64,000 nucleotides of DNA, from contig CAIJDY010000030.1 in NCBI GenBank assembly GCA_903819565.1, positions 7,128 through 71,127 of the forward strand. The letters run 5' to 3'. Source of the stretch: Candidatus Omnitrophota bacterium. GTDB taxonomy: Bacteria; Omnitrophota; Omnitrophia; Omnitrophales; Aquincolibacteriaceae. Positions 1 through 9,442 of the stretch are shown piece by piece. Position numbers and translations under genes: made by a program. The notes beneath the pieces are model-generated. The model saw only the letters and a program-made list of their open reading frames with translations. It was not told where the DNA came from and ran no database searches. Position 1 is the first letter of the stretch. Each line of letters begins with the position of its first letter.

Positions 1-198
1 CTATTTTCTTTTCATTAATGGCGACTTGGACTGTCCTGACATCATTAATCAATGAACGAGAGTCAGGGCTGCAAACCCATAAAATTTAATGTGATGCAGT
101 ACTAGAAGCCTACTGATTTTATACGGGAAATCAAATAGAATGTGCCAACGGCTCGGACACGGGGTTCGTTCCTCGGGACTCGAAACGTTTCTTTTTAT

Positions 199-277
199 TG
201 TGTTATGCCGGACTTGATCCGGCATCCAAAATTTTCCTGAGGAATAACAGATTCCGGGTCACGGCCTAGAATGACAA
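199..277. repeat. REP/RPE-like palindromic element (GTYATGCCGGACTTGATCCGGCATCC...GATTCCGGGTC...GAATGAC type)
   Basis: Inner hairpin atgccgga-cttga-tccggcat plus a degenerate right arm gattccgggtcacggcctagaatgac; resembles a widespread extragenic palindrome family; single copy in this window. Confidence 0.65.
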
Positions 278-293
278 AGTAAATGAATAGGTT

Positions 294-1529
294 ATGGCGA
301 AAAATAGTTTTCTGAAAAATTATTCCTTTTCCCTTCTCCTGATCGCTTCCATTGCGGCGGGCGCGGGGCTGGGAGTTCTCCTTCAGGGAAAAGCGGCGGC
401 CCTGAAGCCGTTCGGGGATATTTTCCTGAATCTTCTTTTTACGGCCGTCGTGCCGCTTGTCTTCTTTTCGATCTCGTCGGCAATCGCCGAGATGTCCGAT
501 CTCCACCGGCTCGGAAAGATCATGGGCTGGATGATCTTTCTTTTTATCATGACGGGCGTTCTTTCAGCCTCGCTCATGGTCATGGGAGTGAAGTTTTACC
601 CGCCGGTCCTGACGGGGCAACCGCTGTTGCCGCTCCCGGAAGCCGTCCGCCAAAGCCTGACCAGCGCCGAGTGGGTCAGCGCTTTCACGGTGCCGGATTT
701 CTTTAATCTTCTTTCGAAGCAGAACATGCTGGCCCTGATCGTTTTTTCCATGCTGGTCGGTCTCGGGGCCTCCCTGGCGCGCGAAGAGGGCAAGCCTTTC
801 GTCCATTTTCTCGTTTCGGGCAACAAGGTCATGATGAAAGTGATCCATTTGATCATGTTCTACGCGCCGGTCGGACTCGGCGCTTACTTTGCCTTTCTTA
901 CGGGGGTTTTCGGGCCCAGTCTCTTGGGTTCGTACCTGCGGGTCGTGACGCTTTATTACCCGCTCTCGATCTTGTACTTTGTCATCGGGTTCTCATTTTA
1001 CGCTTTTCTGGCCGGAGGGCTCCCCGCCATAAGGGTTTTTTGGGCGAATATTTTCCCCGCCTCCCTGACTGCGCTCGGGACGGGAAGCAGCCTCGCAACG
1101 ATACCGTCCAATCTCGAAGCCGCGGACAGGATCGGAGTTTCGCGGGATATTTCCAAGATCGTGATCCCGATCGGAGCGACGATCCACATGGACGGCACTT
1201 GCATTTCGGCGGTTGTGAAGATCGCGCTTCTTTTCAGTTTTTTTGGGATGAAATTCGCGGGGGTCGGAACGATCGTTACGGCGATCGGCGTCGCGCTTTT
1301 GAGCGGGATCGTGATGACAGGCATTCCGGGCGGCGGATTTTTGGGTGAGCTTCTGATTGTGACACTTTATGGATTTCCGCCCGCGGCGCTTCCGCTGATC
1401 TCCATGGTGGGGACGCTCGTGGATCCCCCCGCGACCATGGTGAACGCGATCGGCAGCAACGTGGTTAGCATGCTCATCGCCCGCATCCTCGGCGGGAATA
1501 AATGGATGAAGCAGGAGCTTGAGCGCTAG
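294..1529 (+). CDS. Dicarboxylate/amino acid:cation symporter (DAACS/GltP family)
   Basis: 411 aa polytopic membrane protein with GTGSSLATIP, PIGATIHMDGT and VDPPATMVN motifs. Confidence 0.93.
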   Translation: MAKNSFLKNYSFSLLLIASIAAGAGLGVLLQGKAAALKPFGDIFLNLLFTAVVPLVFFSISSAIAEMSDLHRLGKIMGWMIFLFIMTGVLSASLMVMGVKFYPPVLTGQPLLPLPEAVRQSLTSAEWVSAFTVPDFFNLLSKQNMLALIVFSMLVGLGASLAREEGKPFVHFLVSGNKVMMKVIHLIMFYAPVGLGAYFAFLTGVFGPSLLGSYLRVVTLYYPLSILYFVIGFSFYAFLAGGLPAIRVFWANIFPASLTALGTGSSLATIPSNLEAADRIGVSRDISKIVIPIGATIHMDGTCISAVVKIALLFSFFGMKFAGVGTIVTAIGVALLSGIVMTGIPGGGFLGELLIVTLYGFPPAALPLISMVGTLVDPPATMVNAIGSNVVSMLIARILGGNKWMKQELER

Positions 1530-1586
1530 CCGCTGTTCAAATCGATGTCGCGGGTTCGTTCTTTCCGCAGTGTGATTAGTTTATTC

Positions 1587-1615
1587 GTGACGACGCGCCT
1601 CTTTTGCTGTAATAT
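1587..1615 (+). promoter_or_regulatory. Putative sigma70 promoter of the sulP-arsR-ptsN-ehr operon
   Basis: GTGACG (1587-1592), 17-nt spacer, TAATAT (1610-1615). Confidence 0.5.
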
Positions 1616-1626
1616 GCACCGATGCT

Positions 1627-1654
1627 TATATGAGAATATACCCATATATCTCAT
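1627..1654. promoter_or_regulatory. Putative ArsR/SmtB operator
   Basis: TATATG-N10-CATATA palindrome (1627-1648) overlapping ATGAG..CTCAT, just downstream of the -10 box; an arsR gene lies in the operon. Confidence 0.55.
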
Positions 1655-1771
1655 GAGACGGAATGTTTAAGACAGGGGTCATGCCGGTTTCCGTTAATAG
1701 CCAGGGCTTAATCATCCTAAATGAAGCATGGCCTCCTTTTAACAAACTCTATTTATTAGAAGGAGAGAGCT

Positions 1772-3436
1772 GTGTTTTCCCCAAAGCTGGCGACATGCCT
1801 TAAAGATTATTCCAAGGAGAAATTTTTCACGGATTGTATCGCGGGATTCATCGTCGGAGTTGTCGCGATCCCTTTGGCGATCGCTTTCGCGATCGCTTCC
1901 GGAGTGTCTCCGGACAAAGGTCTTTTTACGGCGATCATCGCCGGATTCCTCGTTTCCGCGCTGGGCGGGAGCCGGGTGCAGATCGGCGGGCCGACGGGCG
2001 CTTTTGTGGTCATTGTTTACGGTATTGTCCAGAAATACGGGATTGACGGACTGATTCTCGCGACGTTGATGGCGGGTATTATGCTTGTGGTCATGGGGAT
2101 CGCGAAACTCGGAACGGCGATCAAGTTCATGCCACATTCCGTGATCGTCGGGTTCACCAGCGGCATCGCGGTGATCATCTTTTCATCCCAGGTGAAGGAT
2201 TTCCTGGGTCTGAGTATTGAAAAAGTGCCGGCGGAATTTGTGGAAAAGTGGCACATCTTTTTTCAGCATTTGGGCACGGTGAATTACGTTGCGTTGTTGT
2301 TGGGCCTGGCCACGGTCTTGATCATTTCCGTGACTCCCAAATTTTCCAAAAGGGTTCCGGGCGCGCTTGTGGCCCTTATCGTCGTGACCGTTTTCGCGGC
2401 CGTGTTCCGTTTACCCGTCGAGACGATCGGCAGCCGTTTCGGGGAGCTGCCTCACGGCCTGCCCGTGCCGCATTTCCCTCTTCTGAATTTTTTAAAGATC
2501 CGGGAACTTCTTCAGCCGGCCGTGACGATCGCGCTCCTGGGAGCCATCGAGTCCCTGCTGTCCGCCGTAGTCGCGGACGGCATGATCGGGGCTCGACACC
2601 GTCCCAACACCGAGCTGATCGGTCAGGGGATCGCGAACATCGGCTCCGCGCTTTTCGGCGGGATCCCCGCGACGGGAGCGATCGCGAGAACCGTGACCAA
2701 TATTAAGAACGGGGGCAGGACCCCGGTTGCCGGGATCATTCACGCGATCACGGTCCTTCTCATCATGTTATTCTTCGGAGCTTGGGTCAAATTCGTGCCC
2801 CTGGCTTGTCTGGCGGGGATTCTCGTCGTGGTCGCGTACCATATGAGCGAATGGCGGTCTTTCCGCGAGCTGCTCAAAGGCTCCCGCGGCGGAAGGATCG
2901 TCCTGGGCATGACGTTCCTTTTGACGATCTTCGTGGACCTGAACGTTGCCATTGAGATCGGGGTGGTGCTGGCGGCATTCCTCTTCATGAAGCGGATGTC
3001 CGAGATAACGGATGTGAAGGTTTTTGCCCGGGAATATGAAGAAGACGAGAAAATGGAGCGGGGAGAGGATCGGCCCTTATCGGCCTTTTCACTTCCTCCG
3101 AAAGTCGAGGTTTACGAGATCAACGGCCCGCTTTTCTTTGGGGCCGCCAACAGCTTTGATGAGGCCGAGAGAGAGATCTCCGGAAAACGCAAGGTGCGGA
3201 TCCTGCGTTTCCGGGACGTGCCTTTGATCGATTCGACCGGCATGCACGCGCTGAAGGGTTTTTATAATAAGACCAAGCGGGAAGGCATCCGTCTTGTGAT
3301 GACCGGACTCCATGTCCAGCCGCTGAATGAAATGGTCAAATCGGATCTTTACGACCTGGTCGGCGAAGAGAACGTTTTCGCGAGCATGAAAGAGTCGATC
3401 GCGCGGGCGGAAGAATTGTTGAATGAAAAAAAATAG
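1772..3436 (+). CDS. sulP: SulP/SLC26 family anion permease with C-terminal STAS domain
   Basis: GTG start with AAGGAG RBS; AIPLAIAFAIASG, GGSRVQIGGPTGA, PATGAIART; STAS motifs GPLFFGAA and IDSTG. Confidence 0.95.
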   Translation: MFSPKLATCLKDYSKEKFFTDCIAGFIVGVVAIPLAIAFAIASGVSPDKGLFTAIIAGFLVSALGGSRVQIGGPTGAFVVIVYGIVQKYGIDGLILATLMAGIMLVVMGIAKLGTAIKFMPHSVIVGFTSGIAVIIFSSQVKDFLGLSIEKVPAEFVEKWHIFFQHLGTVNYVALLLGLATVLIISVTPKFSKRVPGALVALIVVTVFAAVFRLPVETIGSRFGELPHGLPVPHFPLLNFLKIRELLQPAVTIALLGAIESLLSAVVADGMIGARHRPNTELIGQGIANIGSALFGGIPATGAIARTVTNIKNGGRTPVAGIIHAITVLLIMLFFGAWVKFVPLACLAGILVVVAYHMSEWRSFRELLKGSRGGRIVLGMTFLLTIFVDLNVAIEIGVVLAAFLFMKRMSEITDVKVFAREYEEDEKMERGEDRPLSAFSLPPKVEVYEINGPLFFGAANSFDEAEREISGKRKVRILRFRDVPLIDSTGMHALKGFYNKTKREGIRLVMTGLHVQPLNEMVKSDLYDLVGEENVFASMKESIARAEELLNEKK

Positions 3437-3467
3437 ATCCAGCGGAGTTTCTACGCGGGAAGGCCCC

Positions 3468-3803
3468 ATGAAAAAAATAGATGACATGGTGTTCAAGATC
3501 AAAGCGGACTTTTTAAAAGCCCTGGCGCATCCGGCCCGTTTGCAGGTCATTGAATACCTCAAAAACGGGGAGGCCAGCGTGGGAAAACTTGTCCAGGCGC
3601 TGGGGATTGAACAGTCAAGCCTGTCGCGGCACTTGGCCACGCTGCGGAACCTCGGGGTCCTGGAGGCGCGCCAGGAAAAGACGAATGTTTACTATAACCT
3701 GCAGGATCATGATATTTTCAAGGTGTTGCGGCCGATCGCCGAGCTCCTCCGGAAAAAACTGAAAAGAAGCGAGAAAATGCTGGAGAGCCTCGGCGAAGAA
3801 TAA
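3468..3803 (+). CDS. ArsR/SmtB family transcriptional regulator (contains no Cys)
   Basis: KALAHPARLQVI...SSLSRHLATLR...VYY winged HTH; ATG at 3468 preferred over 3423. Confidence 0.92.
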   Translation: MKKIDDMVFKIKADFLKALAHPARLQVIEYLKNGEASVGKLVQALGIEQSSLSRHLATLRNLGVLEARQEKTNVYYNLQDHDIFKVLRPIAELLRKKLKRSEKMLESLGEE

Positions 3804-3819
3804 GAAAGCGGGAAACGCC

Positions 3820-4503
3820 ATGCAATTGACTTTCCGTGAGATAGAAAACGCTTTTGAGGTCGAAGAGAAAACGCTTTATCAGTGGCTCAATGAGCGGGGA
3901 ATGCCGGCGGTCAAGGCCAACGATCAGTACTATTTCAACTCGGTCGAGGTCCTGGAATGGGCGCTCAAGTATAAGGTCCGTCTGACGCTCGGGGCCTTGA
4001 AGCTTTGTGAAAAAAACCGTCCCGGTCAGGATATTTTCACCCCGGCCCTCCTTCGCGGAGGCGTTCATTTCGGGATCAAGGGGGGCCGTCGCGAGGAGAT
4101 CTTCCGGGAAGTTTTGAGCCTCCTGCCGCTTCCAGGCCACATTGACCGTTCTTCTTTAATGGAAATGCTGATCTCCCGTGAACAGGCCGGCACGACCGGC
4201 ATCGGGAACGGGATCGCCATCCCTCACGTCAAACACCCCGTGATCTTTGCCGGCCTCGATCCCGTGATCGGGCTTTTTTTTCTTGAAAAACCGGTCGATT
4301 TTGCCGCCCTTGACGGAGAGCGGGTCCATACGCTGTTCGTGATACTGTCCGGCTCTTTTAAAGGACATTTGTCGCTCCTTTCTCGTTTGGCCTTTTGTCT
4401 GCAACGCGAAAGCGTTCAAGCGGTCCTGTGCCGCCGTTCGAATGCCGAAGATATCCTCGCGACGTTCCAGGTTGCGGAAGCAAAAACCGTGAAGACCTCC
4501 TAA
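3820..4503 (+). CDS. PTS EIIA (PtsN-like) protein with N-terminal excisionase-type HTH
   Basis: N-terminal KTLYQWL..GMPAVK..QYYFN; C-terminal REQAGTTGIGNGIAIPH with phospho-acceptor His, and VDFAALDG. Confidence 0.9.
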   Translation: MQLTFREIENAFEVEEKTLYQWLNERGMPAVKANDQYYFNSVEVLEWALKYKVRLTLGALKLCEKNRPGQDIFTPALLRGGVHFGIKGGRREEIFREVLSLLPLPGHIDRSSLMEMLISREQAGTTGIGNGIAIPHVKHPVIFAGLDPVIGLFFLEKPVDFAALDGERVHTLFVILSGSFKGHLSLLSRLAFCLQRESVQAVLCRRSNAEDILATFQVAEAKTVKTS

Positions 4504-6351
4504 ATGGAAACATTCTTCCGCGGGCCCTGGCAGGTCCCTTTCGGCGAACTCTCACTCAAGGTTGATCCCTTGAGCCTCGTTTTTCTTGTCGCGATCACGA
4601 TCCTTGTCCTGTGCGCCGGGGCATACGGTATCGGGTATATGCGTCCGTATCGAGGAAAGAAACCCTTGGGGATCCACGCCTTTTTTTACGGGGTCCTGGC
4701 GTTGGACCTTGTCCTTATCGTTACCGCCAACAACGCGATCCTTTTCCTGGGGGCGTGGGAGCTCATGACCCTTTCCACGTTTTTTTGTATTATTTTCGAT
4801 GACGAAAAATCCTCGGTGCGTAAGGCCGGATTTATTTATTTGATCGCGTCCCATTGCGCGACGTTTTTTCTTTTCCTGATGTTTTTTTTGATGGCCCGCG
4901 CCGCAGGATCGATGGATTTCGATATCATGGCGCGGACGGGTTTTTCGCCGGTCCTTGCGGGGATCGTTTTTCTCCTGGCGCTGGCCGGTTTCGGGGTCAA
5001 GGCGGGATTCCTCCCGGTGCATATTTGGTTGCCGTATGCCCATCCGGCCTCGCCTTCCCATATCTCCGCTTTGATGTCGGGGATCACGATCAAAATGGGG
5101 ATCTACGGGATCTGTCGCGTGCTGTGGATCATGAAAGTGCTGCCGAATTGGTGCGGGTATGTCCTTTTGATGATCGGCGTGTCCTCCGGCATTATGGGGG
5201 TCTTATACGCCCTCGGGCAGCACGAGTTGAAAAAATTGTTGGCCTATCACAGTATTGAAAATATCGGCATCATTGCGCTCGGGTTGGGTGTGGGATTATT
5301 GGGAAGGAGCCATCAGGTCCCCTTCCTCGCGGTTCTCGGATTCGGCGGAGGTCTCTTGCATGTCCTGAACCACTCGCTTTTCAAAAGCCTTCTTTTTTTT
5401 GGAGCGGGTTCCGTCATCCAAAAGACACACACCGGTGAAATGGACCGTCTCGGAGGCCTGGCCAGGACCTTGCCGGTCACAAGCATCCTTTTCCTGGTGG
5501 GGGCACTCTCGATCTGCGGTCTGCCGCTCTTTAACGGGTTCATCAGCGAATTCATTATTTATTTCGGGCTTTTCCAGGGACTTCTCGGTCTTCCAGTGCA
5601 AGGGGGGATCTTTTGTTCGCTGGGGATCCTTGCGCTGGCGCTTATGGGCGCGCTTGCCCTGGCCTGTTTTTGTAAAGTCTACGGGACCGTTTTTTTGGGT
5701 AAGCCCCGTGTGGATATCAATGGCCCTTTAAAGGATCCCGCGGCGCGGCAGGGGATCCGTGAAGGGACATCGCGGTGGATGCTTGTTCCCATGATGATCC
5801 TGGCGGGGCTCTGCGTCTGGATCGGTCTTGTTCCCCGGACAGCGGCGGGGTTGGCTTTCCGCGGAGGGGCCTACCTGACGCATGTGGATCTTGCCGCGGT
5901 CCCGCTGGGGCAGGTTTTCACGCCCTTGACGATGGTCGTCCGTATCGTCCTTCTGTTCCTCGCGCTCGTTTTGGGATTGATCGTGGTCCGGCGGTTTCTT
6001 TTGGGAGGAACGTCCATGCCAGTCCGGGAAACCTGGAGCTGCGGTTTTTCACAGGTCTCATCGAGATTTCAATACACCTCTGCTTCTTTTGCCCGATCGA
6101 TCGTCGATTTGATGAAAAACGTCCTTTTTTTCCGCCGCTACGGGGGACAGGTCGCGGGCGTTTTCCCGGAGAAAACGTCCTTGGTTTCCTCGGTTCACGA
6201 TGTTTCCGAAGAGATGGTTTACAGGCCCGGGTTGGCTTTGTTAAATTATATTTCCGAAAAACTCGGCCATAGCCGTATCCGTTATACGCAGCTCTACCTG
6301 GTCTACATTCTTCTGTTCCTGATATTTTTACTGGTCTGGAAATTAAAATAA
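4504..6351 (+). CDS. hyfB: Ehr/hydrogenase-4 antiporter-like membrane subunit (HyfB/EhrA)
   Basis: AWELM, KAGFLPVHIWLPYAHPASPSHISALMSG, LAYHSIENIG, NHSLFKSLLF, TWSCG, FQYT. Confidence 0.92.
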   Translation: METFFRGPWQVPFGELSLKVDPLSLVFLVAITILVLCAGAYGIGYMRPYRGKKPLGIHAFFYGVLALDLVLIVTANNAILFLGAWELMTLSTFFCIIFDDEKSSVRKAGFIYLIASHCATFFLFLMFFLMARAAGSMDFDIMARTGFSPVLAGIVFLLALAGFGVKAGFLPVHIWLPYAHPASPSHISALMSGITIKMGIYGICRVLWIMKVLPNWCGYVLLMIGVSSGIMGVLYALGQHELKKLLAYHSIENIGIIALGLGVGLLGRSHQVPFLAVLGFGGGLLHVLNHSLFKSLLFFGAGSVIQKTHTGEMDRLGGLARTLPVTSILFLVGALSICGLPLFNGFISEFIIYFGLFQGLLGLPVQGGIFCSLGILALALMGALALACFCKVYGTVFLGKPRVDINGPLKDPAARQGIREGTSRWMLVPMMILAGLCVWIGLVPRTAAGLAFRGGAYLTHVDLAAVPLGQVFTPLTMVVRIVLLFLALVLGLIVVRRFLLGGTSMPVRETWSCGFSQVSSRFQYTSASFARSIVDLMKNVLFFRRYGGQVAGVFPEKTSLVSSVHDVSEEMVYRPGLALLNYISEKLGHSRIRYTQLYLVYILLFLIFLLVWKLK

Positions 6352-6366
6352 AAAATGAGGTCCTGA

Positions 6367-7302
6367 GTGGATTTTATACTGAACAAGGCATTGCCGGTTT
6401 TGTTCCACTGGGGAGGCGTTTGCCTGTTCGCGCCGTTTTTTCTCGGCGTGATCGCCAGGGTGAAGGCATTTTTTTCAGGAAAAACGGGGCCTTCCGTGTT
6501 CCAGCTTTACTTTGATCTTGCGAAGCTCTTTCGCAAGAAGTGTGTCTACAGCGGCACCGCGACATGGATCTTTCGCGCGGCCCCCGCGGTGATCCTGGGG
6601 GTCATGCTGACCCTGTCCCTGATGGTCCCTTTCGGCAGATTCAAAGCGCCGGTGCAATTTTCGGGCGATGTCCTGTTGGCGGTCTATCTTCTGGCTGTAG
6701 GCAGATTTTTCATGATCCTCGCGGCCCTGGACACGGGGTCCAGTTTTGAAGGTATGGGGGCCAGCCGTGAAGCGTTCTTCTCGTGCCTGTCGGAATTGGC
6801 GCTCTTCATGAATTTCATCGTGCTGGCGCTGCTGGCCAAGAGCATTTCGCTCTCCCAGATGATCGGCGCGAATATCCCGATGTCCTGGGGAGGCATGGAA
6901 CCGGTGTTACTTCTGGTCGTGGTGAGTTTTTTCATCGTGCTTCTGGCGGAAAATTGCCGCATTCCGATAGACGATCCGGAGACCCACCTGGAACTGACGA
7001 TGATCCATGAGGTGATGATCCTGGACCACAGCGGCGTTGATCTGGCTTTCATGCTTCACGCCGCGGCAATGAAATTTTTTATTTTTTCCGGGATCCTTGT
7101 TTCCATCATCATCCCGGTGCGGACCGGGAACGCGGTGATGGACATGGCGATCTTTTTCGGCGGGATGCTGGGCCTGGCGGTCCTGGTGGGGGTCGTGGAG
7201 TCCACCACCGCTCGTTTCCGCCTTAACCGGGTAAGGCTCCTGTTGCTGATCTCGTTCGCGCTGGCATTTTTCGGTCTCATCGTAACGTTGTGGAGGGCCT
7301 GA
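6367..7302 (+). CDS. hyfC: Ehr/hydrogenase-4 NuoH-like membrane subunit (HyfC/HycD)
   Basis: ALDTGSSFEGMGASRE, AENCRIPIDDPETHLELTMIHEVMILDHSG. Confidence 0.93.
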   Translation: MDFILNKALPVLFHWGGVCLFAPFFLGVIARVKAFFSGKTGPSVFQLYFDLAKLFRKKCVYSGTATWIFRAAPAVILGVMLTLSLMVPFGRFKAPVQFSGDVLLAVYLLAVGRFFMILAALDTGSSFEGMGASREAFFSCLSELALFMNFIVLALLAKSISLSQMIGANIPMSWGGMEPVLLLVVVSFFIVLLAENCRIPIDDPETHLELTMIHEVMILDHSGVDLAFMLHAAAMKFFIFSGILVSIIIPVRTGNAVMDMAIFFGGMLGLAVLVGVVESTTARFRLNRVRLLLLISFALAFFGLIVTLWRA

Positions 7303-7306
7303 GGGC

Positions 7307-7963
7307 ATGATGTCCTTGATCGATGTGTGTTGTATCCTGGCCGTGTTTCTGGCGCTGACGGTCCTGGCGACGCACCGTATTGTGGGAATGATCAAGCTCT
7401 TTGCGTTGCAATCCTTTTTCCTGAGCCTTGTGCCGCTGTTCCTGCACGCGGAGGCTCTTTCGGGCCGCGACCTCATGCTTTCTCTCGTGACGATGGTGCT
7501 CAAGGCCGCGTTGGTTCCTGCGATCCTCTTCTGGACGATCCGGCACATCTCGATGCGTTCCGAGATCAAACCAATCCTCGGGTTCGGGGCCTCGATCCTT
7601 TGCGGCGCGGCGTTGATCGCGGTCGCTTTCTGGATCTCCTTGTCTTTACGGTTGCCCGGAAAGCTGACCTCGAGCCTGGTCCTGCCGTGCTCGCTGGCGA
7701 CGATGCTGTTAGGTTTTATGACCATGGTGACCCGGACGCGTGCCATGACCCAGGTCTTGGGCTACATGGTGATCGAGAACGGGATTTTTCTTTTCGCGCT
7801 GTCGCTTTTTGACGCCATGCCGCTGCTCATTGAAATGGGCATCCTGCTGGATATTTTTGTCGCGGTCTTTATCATGGCCATCGTGCTCAATCACATCAAC
7901 GAGGAGTTCGAAAGGACCCGGGGCTCCGCGGTGAGCCGGCCTAAATGGGGGGAAAGTCAGTGA
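7307..7963 (+). CDS. hyfE: Ehr/hydrogenase-4 subunit E (NuoK-like)
   Basis: QVLGYMVIENGI, LIEMGILLDIF; operon position. Confidence 0.9.
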   Translation: MMSLIDVCCILAVFLALTVLATHRIVGMIKLFALQSFFLSLVPLFLHAEALSGRDLMLSLVTMVLKAALVPAILFWTIRHISMRSEIKPILGFGASILCGAALIAVAFWISLSLRLPGKLTSSLVLPCSLATMLLGFMTMVTRTRAMTQVLGYMVIENGIFLFALSLFDAMPLLIEMGILLDIFVAVFIMAIVLNHINEEFERTRGSAVSRPKWGESQ

Positions 7964-9375
7964 TCCTGTCCTTTTTGATCGCGATCCCGTTTATGGGAGC
8001 CCTGGCCGTATTGCTGCCGGTGAGGCCTCTGTTCAGACGGTGGTTTTTTTGGGCGGTGTCTCTCACGCATGCCTTGATCGTGACTTTTTTCTGGGCGCTG
8101 CGGCCGGCTCCGGAATGGCAGGGGTATCTGGTGCTGGACCCCCTAGGGCTTATCCTGCTCTCGGTGATAAGCCTTCTCTTTCTGGCCGTGTCTTTTTTCA
8201 TGATCGGTTATTTCCAGTATGAACAAAGGGGTAACCGGATATTCACGGCGTGTCTCTTGGCGCTTCTGTCCATGATGACGCTGGTTTCGGTGAGCTATCA
8301 CATGGGGCTTTTGTGGGTGGCAATAGAGACGACGACGCTTTTCAGCGCCCCTTTGATCGCTTTCCATCGTGATTGGAAAAGTCTGGAAGCCACCTGGAAG
8401 TACTTGCTGGTCTGTTCCGTGGGGATCGCTTTGGCGCTGATGGGGACCTTTTTCCTTGCGATCGCGGCTCACGATACGCACACGCTCCTTCTGCCGGCGA
8501 TCCTGAGCGCGGCGCCTTCACTTTCCGTCAATTGGCTGAAACTGAGCGTTATTTTCCTGTTCGTCGGCTACGGTTGCAAGATGGGACTTGCCCCGATGCA
8601 TAGCTGGAAGCCGGAAGCTTACGGCCAGGCGACCGGCATGGTGGTGGTTTTGATGGCCGGGGGCCTGACGCAGTGTTCTTTTTTGGCGCTCATGCGGGTG
8701 AGTCAGATCTGCTACAAGACAGGATTAAGCGATTTTTACGCTTCCATTCTGATCGTGACCGGGATCCTGTCGCTCGTGGTTCCGGCGGTACTTTTGTTGA
8801 GCGAGAAAAACATTAAAAGGTCGTTCGCTTTTTCCTCCGTCGAGCACATGGGGATCCTGGTCCTGGGGCTCGGGTTGGGAGGGCTCGGGATCTTTGGCGC
8901 CTTATTTCATATGGTCAATAACGCCCTGGCAAAGGTGGTGATGTTCCTTACGGCCGGGTCCATCGCCCAGAAATACGGGTCTTCCCGCGTCGAGGACGTG
9001 CGGGGGATCATCCACACCTATCCCATGACGGGCATTTTTTTGATCGTCTCGCTGTTTGCCGGGACGGGGATGTTCCCCTTCGCGACGTTCCATAGCGAAC
9101 TGTTGATACTCAACGCTTCGATCATTTCAAAGCACTACCTGTTGGCAGGGAGCTTCGTCCTGTGTCTGGCCGTTATTTTTATCGGAATGGCCAGGATCGT
9201 TTTGGCGTTCGTCTATGGCCAACCGACGGAACCGGTCCTGGCTAAAAAGGAAAATTTCTTTATGAATACGACCATCGTGGTTGCCGCGGTCGTCTTGCTG
9301 GGAGTTGGCTTGTGGATGCCGGTTTCCTTGAACAGGGCGCTCCACGAAGCGGTGACGTTGATCGGGGCGTCTTAA
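7960..9375 (+). CDS. hyfF: Ehr/hydrogenase-4 antiporter-like membrane subunit F
   Basis: GTG start overlapping the hyfE stop; WVAIETTTL, SLEATWKY, KMGLAPMHSWKP, SSVEHMG. Confidence 0.92.
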   Translation: MILSFLIAIPFMGALAVLLPVRPLFRRWFFWAVSLTHALIVTFFWALRPAPEWQGYLVLDPLGLILLSVISLLFLAVSFFMIGYFQYEQRGNRIFTACLLALLSMMTLVSVSYHMGLLWVAIETTTLFSAPLIAFHRDWKSLEATWKYLLVCSVGIALALMGTFFLAIAAHDTHTLLLPAILSAAPSLSVNWLKLSVIFLFVGYGCKMGLAPMHSWKPEAYGQATGMVVVLMAGGLTQCSFLALMRVSQICYKTGLSDFYASILIVTGILSLVVPAVLLLSEKNIKRSFAFSSVEHMGILVLGLGLGGLGIFGALFHMVNNALAKVVMFLTAGSIAQKYGSSRVEDVRGIIHTYPMTGIFLIVSLFAGTGMFPFATFHSELLILNASIISKHYLLAGSFVLCLAVIFIGMARIVLAFVYGQPTEPVLAKKENFFMNTTIVVAAVVLLGVGLWMPVSLNRALHEAVTLIGAS

Positions 9376-9442
9376 TTCTTGTTTAAAAATTTACAGTGAA
9401 TTGGGGCGTAAACAAGGCCCGGTTTGGAACGAATGAGGACTT

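Noticed and set aside
5733-5758. Small palindrome in a variable loop of hyfB
   Set aside because: Only a 7-bp stem built from two self-palindromic GGATCC sites; plausible by chance
1772-9375. DAB-type (DabA/DabB) CO2 pump
   Set aside because: No DabA-like beta-carbonic-anhydrase subunit is present; the membrane subunits are HyfB/HyfF types
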